Positions 15,001 through 30,300 of a DNA stretch of 64,000 bases are shown piece by piece (positions within the stretch are counted from its first letter, which is position 1; every line of letters begins with the position of its first letter). The position numbers and the translations under genes are program-made. The stretch spans positions 19,220,001 to 19,284,000 of the forward strand of contig OZ059894.1 of NCBI GenBank assembly GCA_964057225.1, read 5' to 3'. The DNA is from Auanema rhodensis. Lineage: Eukaryota > Animalia > Nematoda. A model generated the notes under the pieces. That model was not told the origin of the DNA, ran no database searches, and saw nothing but the letters and a program-made list of their open reading frames with translations.

Positions 15001-15900
15001 TAGTTACGATCGTTTGAAAAATGATGCATTAGTGTATGTTGAGTTTCCATGTACACTCAACATTGCTTCCAAAAACATTTTGACAAAAATTTTTTCGAAA
15101 AATTTCAAAATAAATTAGCAAAAAGTAGATGTTTTTAGAATCCATTTTTCAAGGCAAAGACGATGGACAATGTTATTCAACGAAAAAATTAATTCTTCAG
15201 GGTGAAAATCGAGGATATAAGTGTGAACTTATATCAGTTGATATCTCGGTGCATTTTTAAGCTAGCGCAAATCTGATAACACAGATCGACGCAGCTTAAA
15301 AATCCGCATCGAATGCACTATACTACATCGAGAAACGCTTAATACAAAAATTAGTTATGATCGTTTGAAAAATGATGCATTAGTGTATGTTGAGTTTCCA
15401 TGTACACTCAACATTGCTTCCAAAAACATTTTGACAAAAATTTTTTCGAAAAATTTCAAGATAAATTAGCAAAAAGTAGATGTTTTTAGATTCCTTTTTT
15501 CAAGGCAAAGACGATGGACAATGTTATTCAACGAAAAAATTAATTTTTCAGGGTGAAAATCGAGGATATAAGTGTGAACTTATATCAGTTGATATCTCGG
15601 TGCATTTTTAAGCTAGCGCAAATCTGATAACACAGATCGACGCAGCTTAAAAATCCGCATCGAATGCACTATACTACATTGAGAAACGCTTAATACAGAA
15701 ATTAGTTATGATCGTTTGAAAAATGATCCATTAGTGTATGTTGAGTTTCCATGTACACTCAACATTGCTTCCAAAAACATTTTGACAAAAATTTTTTCGA
15801 AAAATTTCAAAATAATTTAGCAAAAAGTAGATGTTTTTAGATTGCTTTTTTCAAGGCAAAGACGATGGACAATGTTATTCAACGAAAAAATTAATTCTTG

Positions 15901-18900
15901 AGGGTGAAAATCGAGGATATAAGTGTGAACTTATATCAGTTGATATCTCGGTGCATTTTTAAGCTAGCGCAAATCTGATAACACAGATCGACGCAGCTTA
16001 AAAATCCGCATCGAATGCACTATACTACATTGAGAAACGCTTGATACAAAAATTAGTTACGATCGTTTGAAAAATGATGCATTAGTGTATGTTGAGTTTC
16101 CATGTACACTCAACATTGCTTCCAAAAACATTTTGACAAAAATGTTTTCGAAAAATTTCAAAATAATTTAGCAAAAAGTAGATGTTTTTAGATTGCTTTT
16201 TTCAAGGCAAAGACGATGGACAATGTTATTCAACGAAAAAAATTAATTCTTGAGGGTGAAAATCGAGGATATAAGTGTGAACTTATATCAGTTGATATCT
16301 CGGTGCATTTTTAAGCTAGCGCAAATCTGATAACACAGATCGACGCAGCTTAAAAATCCGCATCGAATGCACTATACTACATTGAGAAACGCTTAATACA
16401 AAAATTAGTTACGATCGTTTGAAAAATGATGCATTAGTGTATGTTGAGTTTCCATGTACACTCAACATTGCTTCCAAAAACATTTTGACAAAAATTTTTT
16501 CGAAAAATTTCAAAATAAATTAGCAAAAAGTAGATGTTTTTAGATTCCATTTTTCAAGGCAAAGACGATGGACAATGTTATTCAACGAAAAAATTAATTC
16601 TTCAGGGTGAAAATCGAGGATATAAGTGTGAACTTATATCAGTTGATATCTCGGTGCATTTTTAAGCTAGCGCAAATCTGATAACACAGATCGACGCAGC
16701 TTAAAAATCCGCATCGAATGCACTATACTACATTGAGAAACGCTCAATACAAAAATTAGTTATGATCGTTTGAAAAATGATCCATTAGTGTATGTTGAGT
16801 TTCCATGTACACTCAACATTGCTTCCAAAAACATTTTGACAAAAATGTTTTCGAAAAATTTCAAAATAATTTAGCAAAAAGTAGATGTTTTTAGTTTGCA
16901 TTTTTCAAGGCAAAGACGATGGACAATGTTATTCAACGAAAAAATTAATTCTTGAGGGTGAAAATCGAGGATATAAGTGTGAACTTATATCAGTTGATAT
17001 CTCGGTGCATTTTTAAGCTAGCGCAAATCTGATAACACAGATCGACGCAGCTTAAAAATCCGCATCGAATGCACTATACTACATTGAGAAACGCTTAATA
17101 CAAAAATTAGTTATGATCGTTTGAAAAATGATGCATTAGTGTATGTTGAGTTTCCATGTACACTCAACATTGCTTCCAAAAACATTTTGACAAAAATTTT
17201 TTCGAAAAATTTCAAAATAATTTAGCAAAAAGTAGATGTTTTTAGATTCCTTTTTTCAAGGCAAAGACGATGGACAATGTTATTCAACGAAAAAATAATT
17301 CTTCAGGGTGAAAATCGAGGATATAAGTGTGAACTTATATCAGTTGATATCTCGGTGCATTTTTAAGCTAGCGCAAATCTGATAACACAGATCGACGCAG
17401 CTTAAAAATCCGCATCGAATGCACTATACTACATTGAGAAACGCTCAATACAAAAATTAGTTATGATCGTTTGAAAAATGATCCATTAGTGTATGTTGAG
17501 TTTCCATGTACACTCAACATTGCTTCCAAAAACATTTTGACAAAAATTTTTTCGAAAAATTTCAAAATAATTTAGCAAAAAGTAGATGTTTTTAGTTTGC
17601 TTTTTTCAAGGCAAAGACGATGGACAATGTTATTCAACGAAAAAATTAATTCTTGAGGGTGAAAATCGAGGATATAAGTGTGAACTTATATCAGTTGATA
17701 TCTCGGTGCATTTTTAAGCTAGCGCAAATCTGATAACACAGATCGACGCAGCTTAAAAATCCGCATCGAATGCACTATACTACATTGAGAAACGCTTAAT
17801 ACAAAAATTAGTTATAATCGTTTGAAAAATGATGCATTAGTGTATGTTGAGTTTCCATGTACACTCAACATTGCTTCCAAAAACATTGTGACAAAAATTT
17901 TTTCGAAAAATTTCAAAATAAATTAGCAAAAAGTAGATGTTTTTAGAATCCATTTTTCAAGGCAAAGACGATGGACAATGTTATTCAACGAAAAAATTAA
18001 TTCTTCAGGGTGAAAATCGAGGATATAAGTATGAACTTATATCAGTTGATATCTCGGTGCATTTTTAAGCTAGCGCAAATCTGATAACACAGATCGACGC
18101 AGCTTAAAAATCCGCATCGAATGCACTATACTACATTGAGAAACGCTTAATACAAAAATTAGTTATGATCGTTTGAAAAATGATGCATTAGTGTATGTTG
18201 AGTTTCCATGTACACTCAACATTGCTTCCAAAAACATTTTGACAAAAATTTTTTCGAAAAATTTCAAGATAAATTAGCAAAAAGTAGATGTTCTTAGATT
18301 GCTTTTTTCAAGGCAAAGACGATGGACAATGATATTCAACGAAAAAATTAATTCTTCAGGGTGAAAATCGAGGATATAAGTGTGAACTTATATCAGTTGA
18401 TATCTCGGTGCATTTTTAAGCTAGCGCAAATCTGATAACACAGATCGACGCAGCTTAAAAATCCGCATCGAATGCACTATACTACATTGAGAAACGCTTG
18501 ATACAAAAATTAGTTACGATCGTTTGAAAAATGATGCATTAGTGTATGTTGAGTTTCCATGTACACTCAACATTGCTTCCAAAAACATTTTGACAAAAAT
18601 GTTTTCGAAAAATTTCAAAATAATTTAGCAAAAAGTAGATGTTTTTAGATTGCTTTTTTCAAGGCAAAGACGATGGACAATGTTATTCAACGAAAAAAAT
18701 TAATTCTTGAGGGTGAAAATCGAGGATATAAGTGTGAACTTATATCAGTTGATATCTCGGTGCATTTTTAAGCTAGCGCAAATCTGATAACACAGATCGA
18801 CGCAGCTTAAAAATCCGCATCGAATGCACTATACTACATTGAGAAACGCTTAATACAAAAATTAGTTACGATCGTTTGAAAAATGATGCATTAGTGTATG

Positions 18901-20749
18901 TTGAGTTTCCATGTACACTCAACATTGCTTCCAAAAACATTTTGACAAAAATTTTTTCGAAAAATTTCAAAATAAATTAGCAAAAAGTAGATGTTTTTAG
19001 ATTCCATTTTTCAAGGCAAAGACGATGGACAATGTTATTCAACGAAAAAATTAATTCTTCAGGGTGAAAATCGAGGATATAAGTGTGAACTTATATCAGT
19101 TGATATCTCGGTGCATTTTTAAGCTAGCGCAAATCTGATAACACAGATCGACGCAGCTTAAAAATCCGCATCGAATGCACTATACTACATTGAGAAACGC
19201 TCAATACAAAAATTAGTTATGATCGTTTGAAAAATGATCCATTAGTGTATGTTGAGTTTCCATGTACACTCAACATTGCTTCCAAAAACATTTTGACAAA
19301 AATGTTTTCGAAAAATTTCAAAATAATTTAGCAAAAAGTAGATGTTTTTAGTTTGCATTTTTCAAGGCAAAGACGATGGACAATGTTATTCAACGAAAAA
19401 ATTAATTCTTGAGGGTGAAAATCGAGGATATAAGTGTGAACTTATATCAGTTGATATCTCGGTGCATTTTTAAGCTAGCGCAAATCTGATAACACAGATC
19501 GACGCAGCTTAAAAATCCGCATCGAATGCACTATACTACATTGAGAAACGCTTAATACAAAAATTAGTTATGATCGTTTGAAAAATGATGCATTAGTGTA
19601 TGTTGAGTTTCCATGTACACTCAACATTGCTTCCAAAAACATTTTGACAAAAATTTTTTCGAAAAATTTCAAAATAATTTAGCAAAAAGTAGATGTTTTT
19701 AGATTCCTTTTTTCAAGGCAAAGACGATGGACAATGTTATTCAACGAAAAAATAATTCTTCAGGGTGAAAATCGAGGATATAAGTGTGAACTTATATCAG
19801 TTGATATCTCGGTGCATTTTTAAGCTAGCGCAAATCTGATAACACAGATCGACGCAGCTTAAAAATCCGCATCGAATGCACTATACTACATTGAGAAACG
19901 CTCAATACAAAAATTAGTTATGATCGTTTGAAAAATGATCCATTAGTGTATGTTGAGTTTCCATGTACACTCAACATTGCTTCCAAAAACATTTTGACAA
20001 AAATTTTTTCGAAAAATTTCAAAATAATTTAGCAAAAAGTAGATGTTTTTAGTTTGCTTTTTTCAAGGCAAAGACGATGGACAATGTTATTCAACGAAAA
20101 AATTAATTCTTGAGGGTGAAAATCGAGGATATAAGTGTGAACTTATATCAGTTGATATCTCGGTGCATTTTTAAGCTAGCGCAAATCTGATAACACAGAT
20201 CGACGCAGCTTAAAAATCCGCATCGAATGCACTATACTACATTGAGAAACGCTTAATACAAAAATTAGTTATAATCGTTTGAAAAATGATGCATTAGTGT
20301 ATGTTGAGTTTCCATGTACACTCAACATTGCTTCCAAAAACATTGTGACAAAAATTTTTTCGAAAAATTTCAAAATAAATTAGCAAAAAGTAGATGTTTT
20401 TAGAATCCATTTTTCAAGGCAAAGACGATGGACAATGTTATTCAACGAAAAAATTAATTCTTCAGGGTGAAAATCGAGGATATAAGTATGAACTTATATC
20501 AGTTGATATCTCGGTGCATTTTTAAGCTAGCGCAAATCTGATAACACAGATCGACGCAGCTTAAAAATCCGCATCGAATGCACTATACTACATTGAGAAA
20601 CGCTTAATACAAAAATTAGTTATGATCGTTTGAAAAATGATGCATTAGTGTATGTTGAGTTTCCATGTACACTCAACATTGCTTCCAAAAACATTTTGAC
20701 AAAAATTTTTTCGAAAAATTTCAAGATAAATTAGCAAAAAGTAGATGTT
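15901..20749. repeat. Seven-monomer (2457-bp) tandem block duplication within the satellite
   Basis: Rare variants recur at offset 2457: 7-A run 16236/18693, gtttgca 16894/19351, 1-bp deletion ~17290/19747, ttataat ~17815/20272, attgtg ~17887/20344, agtatg ~18031/20488. Confidence 0.88.
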
Positions 20750-23700
20750 TTTAGATTCCTTTTTTCAAGGCAAAGACGATGGACAATGTTATTCAACGAA
20801 AAAATTAATTTTTCAGGGTGAAAATCGAGGATATAAGTGTGAACTTATATCAGTTGATATCTCGGTGCATTTTTAAGCTAGCGCAAATCTGATAACACAG
20901 ATCGACGCAGCTTAAAAATCCGCATCGAATGCACTATACTACATTGAGAAACGCTTGATACAGAAATTAGTTATGATCGTTTGAAAAATGATCCATTAGT
21001 GTATGTTGAGTTTCCATGTACACTCAACATTGCTTCCAAAAACATTTTGACAAAAATTTTTTCGAAAAATTTCAAAATAATTTAGCAAAAAGTAGATGTT
21101 TTTAGTTTGCATTTTTCAAGGCAAAGACGATGGACAATGTTATTCAACGAAAAAATTAATTCTTGAGGGTGAAAATCGAGGATATAAGTGTGAACTTATA
21201 TCAGTTGATATCTCGGTGCATTTTTAAGCTAGCGCAAATCTGATAACACAGATCGACGCAGCTTAAAAATCCGCATCGAATGCACTATACTACATTGAGA
21301 AACGCTTAATACAAAAATTAGTTATAATCGTTTGAAAAATGATGCATTAGTGTATGTTGAGTTTCCATGTACACTCAACATTGCTTCCAAAAACATTGTG
21401 ACAAAAATTTTTTCGAAAAATTTCAAAATAAATTAGCAAAAAGTAGATGTTTTTAGAATCCATTTTTCAAGGCAAAGACGATGGACAATGTTATTCAACG
21501 AAAAAATTAATTCTTCAGGGTGAAAATCGAGGATATAAGTATGAACTTATATCAGTTGATATCTCGGTGCATTTTTAAGCTAGCGCAAATCTGATAACAC
21601 AGATCGACGCAGCTTAAAAATCCGCATCGAATGCACTATACTACATTGAGAAACGCTTAATACAAAAATTAGTTATGATCGTTTGAAAAATGATGCATTA
21701 GTGTATGTTGAGTTTCCATGTACACTCAACATTGCTTCCAAAAACATTTTGACAAAAATTTTTTCGAAAAATTTCAAGATAAATTAGCAAAAAGTAGATG
21801 TTTTTAGATTCCTTTTTTCAAGGCAAAGACGATGGACAATGTTATTCAACGAAAAAATTAGTTTTTCAGGGTGAAAATCGAGGATATAAGTGTGAACTTA
21901 TATCAGTTGATATCTCGGTGCATTTTTAAGCTAGCGCAAATCTGATAACACAGATCGACGCAGCTTAAAAATCCGCATCGAATGCACTATACTACATTGA
22001 GAAACGCTTGATACAGAAATTAGTTATGATCGTTTGAAAAATGATCCATTAGTGTATGTTGAGTTTCCATGTACACTCAACATTGCTTCCAAAAACATTT
22101 TGACAAAAATTTTTTCGAAAAATTTCAAAATAATTTAGCAAAAAGTAGATGTTTTTAGTTTGCATTTTTCAAGGCAAAGACGATGGACAATGTTATTCAA
22201 CGAAAAAATTAATTCTTGAGGGTGAAAATCGAGGATATAAGTGTGAACTTATATCAGTTGATATCTCGGTGCATTTTTAAGCTAGCGCAAATCTGATAAC
22301 ACAGATCGACGCAGCTTAAAAATCCGCATCGAATGCACTATACTACATTGAGAAACGCTTAATACAAAAATTAGTTATGATCGTTTGAAAAATGATGCAT
22401 TAGTGTATGTTGAGTTTCCATGTACACTCAACATTGCTTCCAAAAACATTTTGACAAAAATTTTTTCGAAAAATTTCAAAATAATTTAGCAAAAAGTAGA
22501 TGTTTTTAGATTCCTTTTTTCAAGGCAAAGACGATGGACAATGTTATTCAACGAAAAAATAATTCTTCAGGGTGAAAATCGAGGATATAAGTGTGAACTT
22601 ATATCAGTTGATATCTCGGTGCATTTTTAAGCTAGCGCAAATCTGATAACACAGATCGACGCAGCTTAAAAATCCGCATCGAATGCTCTATACTACATTG
22701 AGAAACGCTTAATACAAAAATTAGTTACGATCGTTTGAAAAATGATGCATTAGTGTATGTTGAGTTTCCATGTACACTCAACATTGCTTCCAAAAACATT
22801 TTGACAAAAATTTTTTCGAAAAATTTCAAAATAAATTAGCAAAAAGTAGATGTTTTTAGATTCCATTTTTCAAGGCAAAGACGATGGACAATGTTATTCA
22901 ACGAAAAAATTAATTCTTCAGGGTGAAAATCGAGGATATAAGTGTGAACTTATATCAGTTGATATCTCGGTGCATTTTTAAGCTAGCGCAAATCTGATAA
23001 CACAGATCGACGCAGCTTAAAAATCCGCATCGAATGCACTATACTACATTGAGAAACGCTCAATACAAAAATTAGTTATGATCGTTTGAAAAATGATCCA
23101 TTAGTGTATGTTGAGTTTCCATGTACACTCAACATTGCTTCCAAAAACATTTTGACAAAAATTTTTTCGAAAAATTTCAAAATAATTTAGCAAAAAGTAA
23201 ATGTTTTTAGTTTGCTTTTTTCAAGGCAAAGACGATGGACAATGTTATTCAACGAAAAAATTAATTCTTGAGGGTGAAAATCGAGGATATAAGTGTGAAC
23301 TTATATCAGTTGATATCTCGGTGCATTTTTAAGCTAGCGCAAATCTGATAACACAGATCGACGCAGCTTAAAAATCCGCATCGAATGCACTATACTACAT
23401 TGAGAAACGCTTAATACAAAAATTAGTTATGATCGTTTGAAAAATGATGCATTAGTGTATGTTGAGTTTCCATGTACACTCAACATTGCTTCCAAAAACA
23501 TTTTGACAAAAATTTTTTCGAAAAATTTCAAAATAATTTAGCAAAAAGTAGATGTTTTTAGATTCCTTTTTTCAAGGCAAAGACGATGGACAATGTTATT
23601 CAACGAAAAAATAATTCTTCAGGGTGAAAATCGAGGATATAAGTGTGAACTTATATCAGTTGATATCTCGGTGCATTTTTAAGCTAGCGCAAATCTGATA

Positions 23701-26700
23701 ACACAGATCGACGCAGCTTAAAAATCCGCATCGAATGCACTATACTACATTGAGAAACGCTTAATACAAAATTTAGTTATAATCGTTTGAAAAATGATGC
23801 ATTAGTGTATGTTGAGTTTCCATGTACACTCAACATTGCTTCCAAAAACATTGTGACAAAAATTTTTTCGAAAAATTTCAAAATAAATTAGCAAAAAGTA
23901 GATGTTTTTAGAATCCATTTTTCAAGGCAAAGACGATGGACAATGTTATTCAACGAAAAAATTAATTCTTCAGGGTGAAAATCGAGGATATAAGTGTGAA
24001 CTTATATCAGTTGATATCTCGGTGCATTTTTAAGCTAGCGCAAATCTGATAACACAGATCGACGCAGCTTAAAAATCCGCATCGAATGCACTATACTACA
24101 TTGAGAAACGCTTAATACAAAAATTAGTTATGATCGTTTGAAAAATGATGCATTAGTGTATGTTGAGTTTCCATGTACACTCAACATTGCTTCCAAAAAC
24201 ATTTTGACAAAAATTTTTTCGAAAAATTTCAAGATAAATTAGCAAAAAGTAGATGTTTTTAGATTCCTTTTTTCAAGGCAAAGACGATGGACAATGTTAT
24301 TCAACGAAAAAATTAATTTTTCAGGGTGAAAATCGAGGATATAAGTGTGAACTTATATCAGTTGATATCTCGGTGCATTTTTAAGCTAGCGCAAATCTGA
24401 TAACACAGATCGACGCAGCTTAAAAATCCGCATCGAATGCACTATACTACATTGAGAAACGCTTGATACAGAAATTAGTTATGATCGTTTGAAAAATGAT
24501 CCATTAGTGTATGTTGAGTTTCCATGTACACTCAACATTGCTTCCAAAAACATTTTCACAAAAATTTTTTCGAAAAATTTCAAAATAATTTAGCAAAAAG
24601 TAGATGTTTTTAGATTCCATTTTTCAAGGCAAAGACGATGGACAATGTTATTCAACGAAAAAATTAATTCTTCAGGGTGAAAATCGAGGATATAAGTGTG
24701 AACTTGTATAAGTTGATATCTCGGTGCATTTTTAAGCTAGCGCAAATCTGATAACACAGATCGACGCAGCTTAAAAATCCGCATCGAATGCACTATACTA
24801 CATTGAGAAACGCTTAATACAAAAATTAGTTATGATCGTTTGAAAAATGATGCATTAGTGTATGTTGAGTTTCCATGTACACTCAACATTGCTTCCAAAA
24901 ACATTTTGACAAAAATTTTTTCGAAAAATTTCAGAATAATTTAGCAAAAAGTAGATGTTTTTAGATTCCATTTTTCAAGGCAAAGACGATGGACAATGTT
25001 ATTCAACGAAAAAATTAATTCTTCAGGGTGAAAATCGAGGATATAAGTGTGACCTTGTATAAGTTGATATCTCGGTGCATTTTTAAGCTAGCGCAAATCT
25101 GATAACAGAGATCGACGCAGCTTAAAAATCCGCATCGAATGCACTATACTACATTGAGAAACGCTTAATACAAAAATTAGTTATGATCGTTTGAAATATG
25201 ATGCATTAGTGTATGTTGAGTTTCCATGTACACTCAACATTGCTTCCAAAAACATTTTCACAAAAATTTTTTCGAAAAATTTCAAAATAATTTAGCAAAA
25301 AGTAGATGTTTTTAGATTCCATTTTTCAAGGCAAAGACGATGGACAATGTTATTCAACGAAAAAATTAATTCTTCAGGGTGAAAATCGAGGATATAAGTG
25401 TGAACTTGTATAAGTTGATATCTCGGTGCATTTTTAAGCTAGCGCAAATCTGATAACACAGATCGACGCAGCTTAAAAATCCGCATCGAATGCACTATAC
25501 TACATTGAGAAACGCTTAATACAAAAATTAGTTATGATCGTTTGAAAAATGATGCATTAGTGTATGTTGAGTTTCCATGTACACTCAACATTGCTTCCAA
25601 AAACATTTTGACAAAAATTTTTTCGAAAAATTTCAGAATAATTTAGCAAAAAGTAGATGTTTTTAGATTCCATTTTTCAAGGCAAAGACGATGGACAATG
25701 TTATTCAACGAAAAAATTAATTCTTCAGGGTGAAAATCGAGGATATAAGTGTGAACTTATATCAGTTGATATCTCGGTGCATTTTTAAGCTAGCGCAAAT
25801 CTGATAACACAGATCGACGCAGCTTAAAAATCCGCATCGAATGCACTATACTACATTGAGAAACGCTTAATACAAAAATTAGTTATGATCGTTTGAAAAA
25901 TGATGCATTAGTGTATGTTGAGTTTCCATGTACACTCAACATTGCTTCCAAAAACATTTTGACAAAAATTTTTTCGAAAAATTTCAGAATAATTTAGCAA
26001 AAAGTAGATGTTTTCAGATTTCTTTTTTCAAGGCAAAGACGATGGACAATGTTATTCAACGAAAAAATTAATTCTTCAGGGTGAAAATCGAGGATATAAG
26101 TGTGAACTTATATCAGTTGATATCTCGGTGCATTTTTAAGCTAGCGCAAATCTGATAACACAGATCGACGCAGCTTAAAAATCCGCATCGAATGCTCTAT
26201 ACTACATTGAGAAACGCTTAATACAAAAATTAGTTATGATCGTTTGAAAAATGATGCATTAGTGTATGTTGAGTTTCCATGTACACTCAACATTGCTTCC
26301 AAAAACATTTTGACAAAAATTTTTTCGAAAAATTTCAAAATAAATTAGCAAAAAGTAGATGTTTTTAGATTCCATTTTTCAAGGCAAAGACGATGGACAA
26401 TGTTATTCAACGAAAAAATTAATTCTTCAGGGTGAAAATCGAGGATATAAGTGTGAACTTATATCAGTTGATATCTCGGTGCATTTTTAAGCTAGCGCAA
26501 ATCTGATAACACAGATCGAAGCAGCTTAAAAATCCGCATCGAATGCACTATACTACATTGAGAAACGCTTAATACAAAAATTAGTTATGATCGTTTGAAA
26601 AATGATGCATTAGTGTATGTTGAGTTTCCATGTACACTCAACATTGCTTCCAAAAACATTTTGACAAAAATTTTTTCGAGAAATTTCAAAATAATTTAGC

Positions 26701-27549
26701 AAAAAGTAGATGTTTTTAGATTGCTTTTTTCAAGGCAAAGACGATGGACAATGTTATTCAACGAAAAAATTAATTCTTCAGGGTGAAAATCGAGGATATA
26801 AGTGTGAACTTATATCAGTTGATATCTCGGTGCATTTTTAAGCTAGCGCAAATCTGATAACACAGATCGACGCAGCTCAAAAATCCGCATCGAATGCACT
26901 ATACTACATTGAGAAACGCTTAATACAAAAATTAGTTATGATCGTTTGAAAAATGATGCATTAGTGTATGTTGAGTTTCCATGTACACTCAACATTGCTT
27001 CCAAAAACATTTTGACAAAAATTTTTTCGAAAAATTTCAAAATAATTTAGCAAAAAGTAGATGTTTTTAGATTGCTTTTTTCAAGGCAAAGACGATGGAC
27101 AATGTTATTCAACGAAAAAATTAATTCTTCAGGGTGAAAATCGAGGATATAAGTGTGAACTTATATCAGTTGATATCTCGGTGCATTTTTAAGCTAGCGC
27201 AAATCTGATAACACAGATCGACGCAGCTTAAAAATCCGCATCGAATGCACTATACTACATTGAGAAACGCTTAATACAAAAATTAGTTATGATCGTTTGA
27301 AAAATGATGCATTAGTGTATGTTGAGTTTCCATGTACACTCAACATTGCTTCCAAAAACATTTTGACAAAAATTTTTTCGAGAAATTTCAAAATAATTTA
27401 GCAAAAAGTAGATGTTTTTAGATTGCTTTTTTCAAGGCAAAGACGATGGACAATGTTATTCAACGAAAAAATTAATTCTTCAGGGTGAAAATCGAGGATA
27501 TAAGTGTGAACTTATATCAGTTGATATCTCGGTGCATTTTTAAGCTAGC

Positions 27550-30300
27550 GCAAATCTGATAACACAGATCGACGCAGCTCAAAAATCCGCATCGAATGCA
27601 CTATACTACATTGAGAAACGCTTAATACAAAAATTAGTTATGATCGTTTGAAAAATGATGCATTAGTGTATGTTGAGTTTCCATGTACACTCAACATTGC
27701 TTCCAAAAACATTTTGACAAAAATTTTTTCGAAAAATTTCAAAATAATTTAGCAAAAAGTAGATGTTTTTAGATTGCTTTTTTCAAGGCAAAGACGATGG
27801 ACAATGTTATTCAACGAAAAAATTAATTCTTCAGGGTGAAAATCGAGGATATAAGTGTGAACTTATATCAGTTGATATCTCGGTGCATTTTTAAGCTAGC
27901 GCAAATCTGATAACACAGATCGACGCAGCTTAAAAATCCGCAACGAATGCACTATACTACATTGAGAAACGCTTAATACAAAAATTAGTTATGATCGTTT
28001 GAAAAATGATGCATTAGTGTATGTTGAGTTTCCATGTACACTCAACATTGCTTCCAAAAACATTTTGACAAAAATTTTTTCGAGAAATTTCAAAATAATT
28101 TAGCAAAAAGTAGATGTTTTTCGATTGCTTTTTTCAAGGCAAAGACGATGGACAATGTTATTCAACGAAAAAAGTAATTCTTGAGGGTGAAAATCGAGGA
28201 TATAAGTGTGAACTTATATCAGTTGATATCTCGGTGCATTTTTAAGCTAGCGCAAATCTGATAACACAGATCGACGCAGCTCAAAAATCCGCATCGAATG
28301 CACTATACTACATTGAGAAACGCTTAATACAAAAATTAGTTATGATCGTTTGAAAAATGATGCATTAGTGTATGTTGAGTTTCCATGTACACTCAACATT
28401 GCTTCCAAAAACATTTTGACAAAAATTTTTTCGAAAAATTTCAAAATAATTTAGCAAAAAGTAGATGTTTTTAGATTGCTTTTTTCAAGGCAAAGACGAT
28501 GGACAATGTTATTCAACGAAAAAATTAATTCTTCAGGGTGAAAATCGAGGATATAAGTGTGAACTTATATCAGTTGATATCTCGGTGCATTTTTAAGCTA
28601 GCGCAAATCTGATAACACAGATCGACGCAGCTCAAAAATCCGCATCGAATGCACTATACTACATTGAGAAACGCTTAATACAAAAATTAGTTATGATCGT
28701 TTGAAAAATGATGCATTAGTGTATGTTGAGTTTCCATGTACACTCAACATTGCTTCCAAAAACATTTTGACAAAAATTTTTTCGAAAAATTTCAAAATAA
28801 TTTAGCAAAAAGTAGATGTTTTTAGATTGCTTTTTTCAAGGCAAAGACGATGGACAATGTTATTCAACGAAAAAATTAATTCTTCAGGGTGAAAATCGAG
28901 GATATAAGTGTGAACTTATATCAGTTGATATCTCGGTGCATTTTTAAGCTAGCGCAAATCTGATAACACAGATCGACGCAGCTTAAAAATCCGCAACGAA
29001 TGCACTATACTACATTGAGAAACGCTTAATACAAAAATTAGTTATGATCGTTTGAAAAATGATGCATTAGTGTATGTTGAGTTTCCATGTACACTCAACA
29101 TTGCTTCCAAAAACATTTTGACAAAAATTTTTTCGAGAAATTTCAAAATAATTTAGCAAAAAGTAGATGTTTTTCGATTGCTTTTTTCAAGGCAAAGACG
29201 ATGGACAATGTTATTCAACGAAAAAAGTAATTCTTGAGGGTGAAAATCGAGGATATAAGTGTGAACTTATATCAGTTGATATCTCGGTGCATTTTTAAGC
29301 TAGCGCAAATCTGATAACACAGATCGACGCAGCTCAAAAATCCGCATCGAATGCACTATACTACATTGAGAAACGCTTAATACAAAAATTAGTTATGATC
29401 GTTTGAAAAATGATGCATTAGTGTATGTTGAGTTTCCATGTACACTCAACATTGCTTCCAAAAACATTTTGACAAAAATTTTTTCGAAAAATTTCAAAAT
29501 AATTTAGCAAAAAGTAGATGTTTTTAGATTGCTTTTTTCAAGGCAAAGACGATGGACAATGTTATTCAACGAAAAAATTAATTCTTCAGGGTGAAAATCG
29601 AGGATATAAGTGTGAACTTATATCAGTTGATATCTCGGTGCATTTTTAAGCTAGCGCAAATCTGATAACACAGATCGACGCAGCTCAAAAATCCGCATCG
29701 AATGCACTATACTACATTGAGAAACGCTTAATACAAAAATTAGTTATGATCGTTTGAAAAATGATGCATTAGTGTATGTTGAGTTTCCATGTACACTCAA
29801 CATTGCTTCCAAAAACATTTTGACAAAAATTTTTTCGAAAAATTTCAAAATAATTTAGCAAAAAGTAGATGTTTTTAGATTGCTTTTTTCAAGGCAAAGA
29901 CGATGGACAATGTTATTCAACGAAAAAATTAATTCTTCAGGGTGAAAATCGAGGATATAAGTGTGAACTTATATCAGTTGATATCTCGGTGCATTTTTAA
30001 GCTAGCGCAAATCTGATAACACAGATCGACGCAGCTTAAAAATCCGCAACGAATGCACTATACTACATTGAGAAACGCTTAATACAAAAATTAGTTATGA
30101 TCGTTTGAAAAATGATGCATTAGTGTATGTTGAGTTTCCATGTACACTCAACATTGCTTCCAAAAACATTTTGACAAAAATTTTTTCGAGAAATTTCAAA
30201 ATAATTTAGCAAAAAGTAGATGTTTTTCGATTGCTTTTTTCAAGGCAAAGACGATGGACAATGTTATTCAACGAAAAAAGTAATTCTTGAGGGTGAAAAT
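27550..30300. repeat. Local 3-monomer (1053-bp) higher-order repeat, about three copies
   Basis: Variant gcaacg at ~27942, 28995 and 30048, with linked cgagaaattt, tttcgattg and aaagtaattcttga, all spaced 1053 bp. The two intervening monomers carry agctcaaaaa. Confidence 0.88.
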